DNA of 25,005 nucleotides from a virus (Duplodnaviria > Caudoviricetes). The notes below the pieces were generated by a model. It saw only the letters and a program-made list of their open reading frames with translations. It was not told the origin of the DNA and ran no database searches. Both the position numbers and the translations under genes were made by a program. The stretch is taken from the IMG/VR virus record IMGVR_UViG_3300011443_000201, positions 1-25,005 of that record; one strand, given 5' to 3'. Positions within the stretch are counted from its first letter, which is position 1. Each line of letters opens with the position of its first letter. Shown here piece after piece: positions 7,471 through 14,589 of the stretch.

Positions 7471-8804
7471 AAAAGTTAAAAATCGCATTAGAAAATAGGG
7501 CGGAAAAAGAGAAGTCTTACGAGGCCCTGGTGAAAGCGGCAGAAGGCCGTGAACTAACCGAACTGGAACTTAGCTCTCTCTCCACAATGGAGGAAGAACT
7601 AAAGGCATTGGACAAAGAAATCGAAGCACTACAGGCTATTGAGGCAAGGTCTAAAAAGATCGCAGCTAAAGAAGCCGCCGCAGTGGGCGCGCCACAGGAC
7701 AACTATTCAGAAGCTAAAGAATACTCACAGTATTCCTACGGCAAGGCGTTCCGTGATGTGTACAACAAAAAGCAAGGCAGGCTCGGATCTGTTCAAGGCT
7801 TTGAGAAAGAAATCAACGACGAGGCACACAGAGAGGCAGAATCCGCAGGCATTACCCTAACAGGAAATATCTCTATCCCTTCAAGGCTCGTCCAAATTGG
7901 ACGTAATCAGCGTATTTTGACAGTGGCCGCAGAAGGAGCGGACGTTGTGCGCACTGAATACAAGCCAATGATACCCGCTTTGCAGATCGACCCGGTTATT
8001 GACAGACTCGGTATCACAAAGTATCTTGGCTTAAAGGGTGATCTTAAGATACCACGTGCTACCAACAATCTTGTACTCGTTTGGGAGACTGAAGTATCAG
8101 CAGCCGATGAGGTAACGTTGACTTTCGATGCAGTTGACTTGTCACCAAAGAGACTGTCAGGCTATCACGATGTGACGCTACAAATGCTCGCTCAGTCCAA
8201 TGAAATCACTGAAAGTTATGTGATGGGCCGTATTGCTTTTGCAATCGCTCAGGCGCTCGACTTGGCGGTAATCGCTGGGCCTACGGGCGGTAACTCTCCG
8301 GTTGGTATCCTGAACTATTCAGGTGTTAACGTCATTTCTCTCGGATCTTCCGGAGGTGATATGACATACGGCGCACTTGTGGCCATGCTCACAGCACCAA
8401 TGGCAGACAACGCACGTGACGGACGCGCAGGATGGTTGATTAACACAGATGGATACGCGGCATTGCTGCGCACACCAAAGACATCAGGAGGACTTGAAGG
8501 CAACTTCATCCTTCAGCCAGCCGATACCGCTTTGTTCGGTCGTCCTTTCATCGTCACCAACAGGATTCCTAACGACTTGACAGAAACAGCCACAGGTCTT
8601 TCAGGAGCGATTTATTCTCCTAACTGGTCTTCTGCAATTCTTGCTACATGGGGTGGAGCTTCGATTCTATTCGATCCTTACACTCAAGCAGGAACAGGAA
8701 CAGTCCGTTTCGTGGTGAATACGTTCGCCGATGTTGATCTTGAACATCCTGAAGAGTTCGCGGTAGTGAAAGACTGGGTTACCACCACACCTGCAATTAC
8801 TTAA
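7467..8804 (+). CDS. Major capsid protein, HK97 fold, with N-terminal coiled-coil scaffold (delta) domain
   Basis: Charged helical N-terminus, then LKIPR, WETE, FDAVDLSPKRL, LDLAVIAG.G..PVGILN, LFGRP..VTN, DPYTQA..G.VRF. Confidence 0.95.
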   Translation: MKKLKIALENRAEKEKSYEALVKAAEGRELTELELSSLSTMEEELKALDKEIEALQAIEARSKKIAAKEAAAVGAPQDNYSEAKEYSQYSYGKAFRDVYNKKQGRLGSVQGFEKEINDEAHREAESAGITLTGNISIPSRLVQIGRNQRILTVAAEGADVVRTEYKPMIPALQIDPVIDRLGITKYLGLKGDLKIPRATNNLVLVWETEVSAADEVTLTFDAVDLSPKRLSGYHDVTLQMLAQSNEITESYVMGRIAFAIAQALDLAVIAGPTGGNSPVGILNYSGVNVISLGSSGGDMTYGALVAMLTAPMADNARDGRAGWLINTDGYAALLRTPKTSGGLEGNFILQPADTALFGRPFIVTNRIPNDLTETATGLSGAIYSPNWSSAILATWGGASILFDPYTQAGTGTVRFVVNTFADVDLEHPEEFAVVKDWVTTTPAIT

Positions 8805-8813
8805 TCTTAATAT

Positions 8814-9026
8814 ATGAAGCTAATACCCAAAAAAACCTTTCTTCTACGTCAGGATGAAATAGAAGGAGGGAAAAAACGCGATGTAATCGCAAAAAAAGGC
8901 GTAGCCATTGATGTCACCGAAAAAGAAGCTGTTCGATTCTTCGGACACTTCATGCTCACCGACGCGGAAAAAAAAAGAATAGTATCGGCAGCGAGAGTGA
9001 GTCCTCAATTGAAACGTCTGGTCTGA
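8814..9026 (+). CDS. Small basic hypothetical protein downstream of MCP
   Basis: 70-aa ORF with pattern MKL...F......KKG..IDVTEKEA.RF, typical of small post-capsid proteins. Confidence 0.7.
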   Translation: MKLIPKKTFLLRQDEIEGGKKRDVIAKKGVAIDVTEKEAVRFFGHFMLTDAEKKRIVSAARVSPQLKRLV

Positions 9027-9031
9027 AGCCA

Positions 9032-9053
9032 GAATCCTTTGTAAAAAGGGTTC
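9032..9053 (+). promoter_or_regulatory. Stem-loop with GNRA loop after the capsid genes
   Basis: GAATCCTTT-GTAA-AAAGGGTTC, a 9-bp stem with one G-U pair and no clear U-tract. Confidence 0.5.
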
Positions 9054-9060
9054 ATAAAAG

Positions 9061-9627
9061 ATGATTCATTATAGCAAGGTCATATCGCCAAACTATCACG
9101 ATCCGGTATGGTTATCGGAAGCGAAAGATCATTTGAACATTGAGTCAGATGATACTTCGAAAGATAACCTCATCACTCAAAAGATTGTGACCGCTTCGGC
9201 GATGTGTGAGAAATACGCCGGGTTGAGTTTTATGACACAGACCCGGCGTGTTACCCTTGACTATTTCTGTGGTGATATCATTTTGCCTTACGGACCGGTG
9301 CAATCAGTGACAGATTTTATCTACCTGGACGGTGATGATGCGGAACAGACGTTCACAGGCTACACACTTGATTTAAACAGTCAGTTAGCTAAGCTAAGAG
9401 TTACCGACACATGGCCTACGACCAATTTAACGATGAATAACGTACAGATTGATTACGTTGCGGGGGTTGATAACGCTGTAGACGTATTCCCTGAAGCTAG
9501 AGAAGCTATTTTCAGGCTGGTAGCAAAGTTATTTGAACATCGTGGAGACAGTAACGATGGAGGATTGATGACAGAGGAAATAACTGACTTACTGGATACA
9601 ATTAAAGTGTACTGGTATGCAGGTTAA
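9061..9627 (+). CDS. Head-tail connector/adaptor (HK97 gp6-like, long type)
   Basis: PVWLSEAKDHLNI...D.LI...I..A...CEKY.G, LPYGPVQSV, V.IDYVAG, AI..LVA.LFEHR. Confidence 0.92.
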   Translation: MIHYSKVISPNYHDPVWLSEAKDHLNIESDDTSKDNLITQKIVTASAMCEKYAGLSFMTQTRRVTLDYFCGDIILPYGPVQSVTDFIYLDGDDAEQTFTGYTLDLNSQLAKLRVTDTWPTTNLTMNNVQIDYVAGVDNAVDVFPEAREAIFRLVAKLFEHRGDSNDGGLMTEEITDLLDTIKVYWYAG

Positions 9628-10315
9628 GCTCCTGATATTCTTAGCAGTTTGGAAACGCCCGGAGATTACAGAAATCTGTTTTGTGGGTATTAACAGGCTG
9701 CGGAAATCCGGGCTGTTTCCTATAGATGTTTTGGCTGTGATCTCAGAGGTGTCGATGACGTCACTTTGCAAGAAGTACGACATTGATTACGTGATGTACA
9801 AGAACGAACCACTGGGAGAAAAGAAGAATTTCGGTCTAAAGGTAGCAATGACGAAAGAGTGGGACTACTTGATTGAGATTGGTTCAGACGATTTACTAAA
9901 GACTGAAATTTTAGAAAGTTATTCACACTACTTCGGAAAATACGATTTAATAGGGTTGGATAGTTTTTACTACCTCAATTCGGAAGACTTAGAGTGTCGT
10001 GAATACAGGAATGCGAGTCTTTTCGGAGTGGGTCGGGCGATGAGTCGCAAGAGTATTAAACAGATAGGTGAATTGTGGAGAGGTGATCTTAACGAGGGGT
10101 TAGATAACAACTCTACATCTAAATTTCACCGGGCTGGGTTTATGGACGCTCGAATTAGGCGTCCACTAGCCATAGACATCAAAAGCAAAGTGAACATATG
10201 GCCTTTTAATTATTTGCAAGGCAAGAAGGTTGACTTTGAAACAGTAGTAGAAGGACTTAGTTCAGAAGAAATATGCTCGCTACAAAGACTTCAGTCGGAA
10301 AACGTGATGAACTGA
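9617..10315 (+). CDS. GT-A fold glycosyltransferase (paralog of 1906..2667)
   Basis: IFLAVWKRPEIT, NEPLGEKKNFG, DYLIEIGSDDLL, GVGRAMSR, LNEGLDNNS, DIKSKVNI. Confidence 0.8.
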   Translation: MQVKLLIFLAVWKRPEITEICFVGINRLRKSGLFPIDVLAVISEVSMTSLCKKYDIDYVMYKNEPLGEKKNFGLKVAMTKEWDYLIEIGSDDLLKTEILESYSHYFGKYDLIGLDSFYYLNSEDLECREYRNASLFGVGRAMSRKSIKQIGELWRGDLNEGLDNNSTSKFHRAGFMDARIRRPLAIDIKSKVNIWPFNYLQGKKVDFETVVEGLSSEEICSLQRLQSENVMN

Positions 10316-10605
10316 TTGTGATACGATCAAAGACAATCACGAAAGATGAGTACAACGAGGATATTATAACATGGGCAACATTTGCCACGGTCAGGGCAGA
10401 AGTAAAAGACGCACAGGGAACAGAAGGTTACCAGGCTGATCAACTGACAGCGAATAGAACATCGCTCTTTGACATTCGGTATTTGGCAGTAACAGAACAG
10501 ATGCAGATACTTTACAATGATCGGTATTATGAGATTGTAGGTATCCAACGACCCGACCGTAGGAGGTCGCTTATTCTGAAGGCTTACATACTCGACGAGA
10601 CATGA
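10273..10605 (+). CDS. Head closure protein (SPP1 gp16-like)
   Basis: G.RDELI.I......DEYNE....W..FATVRAEV, F.IRY, M.ILYNDRYYEI..I. Confidence 0.9.
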   Translation: MLATKTSVGKRDELIVIRSKTITKDEYNEDIITWATFATVRAEVKDAQGTEGYQADQLTANRTSLFDIRYLAVTEQMQILYNDRYYEIVGIQRPDRRRSLILKAYILDET

Positions 10606-11042
10606 AAGTAATAGGATTGAAAGAGATATACGGTGCGCTTAACGACCTTCCAAAGGAGCTAAGTGATACTAAACTACAGAAAGTGCACGCACAGGCGGCC
10701 ATACCGCTAATAAACCGGATGCACAGACTTGCGCCGGTCGGGCTGACTGGAAATGTAGCTGATTCGATCGGTACTGAGAAGTCAGGGAAGAAGAACAAAG
10801 GAGAGCTAGGGGCCATTTATAACGGGCCACGGAGAAAGGGAGGGTTTAAAGGTTTTGCGGCACACTTCAGTGAGTACGGAACGAAGAAAAGAAGGCACAA
10901 AAACGGTAAGGATGTGGGGTCGATGCCTAAAAAACCATTTATAGAACCAGCATGGGAGCAAACACAGGACGAAGTAGAACATAAAATAGCTGACTTACTT
11001 GGGGACGATGTGTTCAGATTCTTACGAGGAAGAGTAAAATGA
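10602..11042 (+). CDS. HK97 gp10-like tail completion/neck protein
   Basis: V.GLKE....L..LP, APV..TGN..DSI, AHFSEYGT, MP.KPFIEPAWE. Confidence 0.9.
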   Translation: MKVIGLKEIYGALNDLPKELSDTKLQKVHAQAAIPLINRMHRLAPVGLTGNVADSIGTEKSGKKNKGELGAIYNGPRRKGGFKGFAAHFSEYGTKKRRHKNGKDVGSMPKKPFIEPAWEQTQDEVEHKIADLLGDDVFRFLRGRVK

Positions 11043-11437
11043 TAAGTGGAGTAATACAAATATTGACAGGAGACTCGACGCTGACGACCGCCTTAGGCAC
11101 TTATAACGATGAGGCCAAAGTGTTTCCTGTGGTAGCGAGTGAGACAGCAGACAGGCCGTACTTAACTGTGAGGCGTGTAGGTGGTAATCCGGCTATTAAT
11201 AAAACGAATGTCAGTGAAGTAGATACTATCTTTTTTCAAGTGGCTTGCTTCGCTGATAGATATAAAACATGTCTGGATGTGCAGGAAAGAGTAAGGACAC
11301 TACTTGACTTTTACACAGGAACGTCAAACGCTATCGACTTTAAAAAGATATGGTGGACGGGAAGTGAAGATAAGTTTGATAATGAAGACCGGTCGTACGT
11401 AGTGATAGACACTTACACCGCTAGGTATGCTCGTTAG
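11039..11437 (+). CDS. Tail terminator protein (DUF3168/gp17-like)
   Basis: L..D..L..LG, KVFPVVA....PYL, FQVACFA..Y......VR.LLD. Position before the tail tube. Confidence 0.82.
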   Translation: MISGVIQILTGDSTLTTALGTYNDEAKVFPVVASETADRPYLTVRRVGGNPAINKTNVSEVDTIFFQVACFADRYKTCLDVQERVRTLLDFYTGTSNAIDFKKIWWTGSEDKFDNEDRSYVVIDTYTARYAR

Positions 11438-11615
11438 GTTACTGAAGTCGCACACGTTTTATACCGGGATAAGGTTTAAAAAGTTACCCGTAGGCCAAGT
11501 GTTACGAAAACACGACAGGGTAGCGAAACAAATGATTGAGAACAAAGAAGCTGAAGAATATACGGGTCAATTCCCGCCAAAGAAAATGAAACTTAACTTA
11601 AAAAATCTAAAATAA
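11427..11615 (+). CDS. Small basic hypothetical protein
   Basis: 62-aa ORF overlapping both neighbours (TAATG coupling to the tube gene). Pattern M.VRLLK...GQV.....AKQMIE..AE. Confidence 0.65.
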   Translation: MLVRLLKSHTFYTGIRFKKLPVGQVLRKHDRVAKQMIENKEAEEYTGQFPPKKMKLNLKNLK

Positions 11616-12025
11616 TGGCAACAACTGGCATAGTAGAAGGCAACTTAATGCTATTGTATGTGGAGGGCAACGCGATAGCGTGCACCACAGAATGTAGCTT
11701 TGATTTCTCCCGGGAAATCATCGAGGCCGCTTGCAAGGATAACGACGGAGCGCGACAAATAACACTCGGCGGTCAATCAGGATCGTTCGGTGTATCTGGT
11801 CTATGGAAATTCGATGCCGCTTATGGTATTGAAGACCTGATCGACATTTGGTTGGCAGGAACTCAGGTCACTGTGCGGTGGGAGACTTCCGTAACGGGTG
11901 ACTTCTACCTGGAAGCTGAATGTTACATCACAGACATTTCAGGGGTAGCGGCGGTGAACGATAACGTAACGTTCGACAGTACTTTCACAATTACCGGAAC
12001 AGTAACTAAAGGAACTTCTACATGA
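11615..12025 (+). CDS. Major tail tube protein
   Basis: G.LMLLYV...IAC.TECS.D.S.E.IE..CKD.DG, final TF..TFTITG.V. Position before the chaperones and TMP. Confidence 0.9.
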   Translation: MATTGIVEGNLMLLYVEGNAIACTTECSFDFSREIIEAACKDNDGARQITLGGQSGSFGVSGLWKFDAAYGIEDLIDIWLAGTQVTVRWETSVTGDFYLEAECYITDISGVAAVNDNVTFDSTFTITGTVTKGTST

Positions 12026-12363
12026 TCGGGTCAGGAGTTTATGAGGTTGAAATCGACGGTGAAAAAGTCGGTTTTCAGTTCGGTATGCTTGCCAGTATCG
12101 AAACAGAGGAAGCGTCGGGGATGGTTATCGAGGACGTCTTTAAAAAGATTGCCAAAGGATTCCAGAAGTATATCGCACTGTACTTTCTAGGCGGGGCGGT
12201 GGCTTACAATAAATTCCACGGTATCGAAAAGACGATAGGTATTCCAGAAGTGACTATTTACATCGAGCAGATGGGAATGGAAAGAGCGTTAGAGATTTAT
12301 ATGAAGTCTATCGCAGCGCCACAAATAAAAAACGGGAAAGCCCCGGTGACGGGGCAGGCGTAA
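12022..12363 (+). CDS. Tail assembly chaperone (lambda gpG equivalent)
   Basis: Lies between tube and TMP and ends ...IKNGKAP with a slippery heptamer. Confidence 0.85.
   Translation: MIGSGVYEVEIDGEKVGFQFGMLASIETEEASGMVIEDVFKKIAKGFQKYIALYFLGGAVAYNKFHGIEKTIGIPEVTIYIEQMGMERALEIYMKSIAAPQIKNGKAPVTGQA
12327..12355 (+). promoter_or_regulatory. Programmed -1 ribosomal frameshift signal
   Basis: In-frame A AAA AAC (12327-12333), 6-nt spacer, perfect hairpin GCCCCG-GTGA-CGGGGC (12340-12355). The -1 frame is open into 12393..12710. Confidence 0.85.
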
Positions 12364-12710
12364 GCGGAGGGGTTGAAGACCTTTATAAATTATTGGTTAT
12401 AAAGACGGGCATTGATCATGAAAAGTTCTGGACGTTATCATGGTATGAAGTGGGGCTGTACGTGGAACGGTTTATTTATCAAACTGAGTTACGGCATGAA
12501 GATCAGGAGTTAGAGTGGGCGCGTTTTAGAATACAATGGGCAGACTTCCGGAATGCTAATAGAAGTAAGAAAGGGAAGGTAGTTCACCCGAAGGATTTGA
12601 TTAAGTTAAGTTTTGATGTAAAAGAACGTCCCGCGGAGTATCACGAAATAGATTTTGAAGCGGCCAAAAGGAGGCTAGGAAGTAAGTTAAATAAGAAAAA
12701 TGGCAAATAG
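12333..12710 (+). CDS. C-terminal part of the frameshifted tail chaperone (gpGT equivalent, about 229-aa fusion)
   Basis: The -1 frame reads RESPGDGAGVSGGVEDLYKLLVIKTGIDHEKFWTLSWYE...WARFR...P.DLIKL. FW.L(S/T)..E is typical of gpT-like segments. Confidence 0.8.
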   Translation, partial: RESPGDGAGVSGGVEDLYKLLVIKTGIDHEKFWTLSWYEVGLYVERFIYQTELRHEDQELEWARFRIQWADFRNANRSKKGKVVHPKDLIKLSFDVKERPAEYHEIDFEAAKRRLGSKLNKKNGK

Positions 12711-14589
12711 CATCTTAGCAAAAATGGCTGTTCTTATTTCCGGGGATACCTCTGGACTAAATAAGGGCATTAAGTCAGCCACTAAGGAGCTAAACACTTT
12801 TGAGAAGACAGCAAAAGGGATAGGTACTAGCCTTGCGGCTGGTATCGGGGCCATTAGTTTTGGACTGATAGCCAAACAAGTCATAGATGTCACTGCCAAT
12901 TTTCAACGCTTTGAAGCTGTATTAACCAACACACTCGGGAGCGGATCCAAAGCCCAGGCAGCACTTGGATTAATAAAAGATTTCGCGTCTAAAACTCCCT
13001 TTTCGGTAGAGCAGCTTACCTCTTCATTTGTAAAACTTGCCAATCAGGGATTTGTACCTACGCGCGACGAACTCAGGAAGTTAGGAGACCTTGCGTCTTC
13101 AACAGGGAAAGAGTTCGACCAATTAGCTGAAGCCATTATTGACGCGCAGACAGGAGAGTTTGAGCGGCTGAAAGAATTTGGAATTAGAGCTAAAAAACAA
13201 GGCGACCAAGTACAATTCACTTTCAAGGGTGTTCAGACACAGGTTAAGTTTACTTCAGAAGAGATACAAAATTATGTATTATCTCTTGGTGATTTGGAAG
13301 GTGTATCCGGTTCAATGGCAGCCATATCTCAAACGTTAGGGGGTAGGATTTCAAACTTAGGAGACGCTTTCGATAATCTATTACTGTCGCTTGGTAAACT
13401 TACTGGTGGGCCGCTTAATGCAGCCATTATAGGGCTCACTAAGCTGATTAACGTGATGACTGATTTTTCAGGAGGTCAGAGTGATTCGGCTGGCACACTT
13501 GATACAATGATCAGGGCTTTGAACTCTGGTAATTTAAGTGGTGAAACGTATGCGGAGGCACTGCGGCAAACAGAAAAACAAGCCGCATCATTAGGTGTAC
13601 AGCTTATTAAATTAACTGATGATGTATCGGGGTTAACAAAGGTTATAATTGATCCACGGACAAAGATAAACATCGCTCCACCGGAGGTAGTACAACCTCA
13701 GATAACTACAATAAAAAGCCTTACTGATGAAATAAAGAATCTGAATCTTGAGTTTGAGACAACAGATGTAAATGATAAGAAGCAATTAGTAAATATACAG
13801 CGTGAAATAGCGGCTAGGAATGCGCAGATAGCCAAGATAAGAGAGTTAACACTTGAGAAGCAGAAACTTTCAGCGTTCGGACAAAAAGAACAAGCGCGAG
13901 CCGATAAGGGTGAGCTTATCCCTACGAAGATAGATGAAGGGTTTACAAGGACGCTAGACAAGCAGGTCGGAATAGAGGAACTATTTCCTACAGTGCTTCC
14001 AGCTCCTGACGTAAGCCTTTTAATGAATAACCTACAAATGGCTACTAGTGCGGTCATAGGTTTAAAAGACGCATACGGTGAAGTTGGAGGGCAAGCAATA
14101 ACAACAGCGGATCAACAGATATTAGCGGCTGAACAAATAGCTGAAGCGGAAGAACGTAAGGGTCAGATGTTCCAACAGGTAGGATCTATAGTAGGTGACA
14201 CAGTAGGCCAGGTTCTAAGTGGTCAACAAACCGTATTGCAAGGGATAAAAACATTAACTGCCAAACTACTTCCTATTCTATTATCTCAGGCATTAGGTGG
14301 AGTAATAGCAGGAGCAGCGAAGACCACAGCGCCCCCTCCTGTAATCCTTGCTATGGCTGCAGCCGGTATAGCTGGAATAGCTGCAATGTTCAGTAAGGCA
14401 ACAGGGCACTCAGGCGGACGCGGTGGCGGGGGTGGAGGTGGATCGAGCAGCCTGACCAATGTCAGCAAGTTTTCACCAACTACATCACAGTCAGCACAGC
14501 CACAACAGTTTGAATTTGTATTACATGGTGACGATTTAGTCGCAAACCAGACAACACAACTTAACAGAAATCTAAGGCTCGGAAGATGA
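12700..14589 (+). CDS. Tape measure protein (629 aa)
   Basis: V.ISGDTSGL, tape-measure domain FASKTPFSVEQL...LGDLAS...G.M...SQTL.G.ISNL.D, coiled-coil middle, hydrophobic Ala/Gly C-terminal part and poly-Gly linker. Confidence 0.93.
   Translation: MANSILAKMAVLISGDTSGLNKGIKSATKELNTFEKTAKGIGTSLAAGIGAISFGLIAKQVIDVTANFQRFEAVLTNTLGSGSKAQAALGLIKDFASKTPFSVEQLTSSFVKLANQGFVPTRDELRKLGDLASSTGKEFDQLAEAIIDAQTGEFERLKEFGIRAKKQGDQVQFTFKGVQTQVKFTSEEIQNYVLSLGDLEGVSGSMAAISQTLGGRISNLGDAFDNLLLSLGKLTGGPLNAAIIGLTKLINVMTDFSGGQSDSAGTLDTMIRALNSGNLSGETYAEALRQTEKQAASLGVQLIKLTDDVSGLTKVIIDPRTKINIAPPEVVQPQITTIKSLTDEIKNLNLEFETTDVNDKKQLVNIQREIAARNAQIAKIRELTLEKQKLSAFGQKEQARADKGELIPTKIDEGFTRTLDKQVGIEELFPTVLPAPDVSLLMNNLQMATSAVIGLKDAYGEVGGQAITTADQQILAAEQIAEAEERKGQMFQQVGSIVGDTVGQVLSGQQTVLQGIKTLTAKLLPILLSQALGGVIAGAAKTTAPPPVILAMAAAGIAGIAAMFSKATGHSGGRGGGGGGGSSSLTNVSKFSPTTSQSAQPQQFEFVLHGDDLVANQTTQLNRNLRLGR

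Noticed and set aside
14412-14449. GGC/GGT/GGA low-complexity runs (also about 22147-22180)
   Set aside because: They encode ordinary poly-Gly linkers with mixed codons and are not DNA-level repeats or phase-variable tracts.
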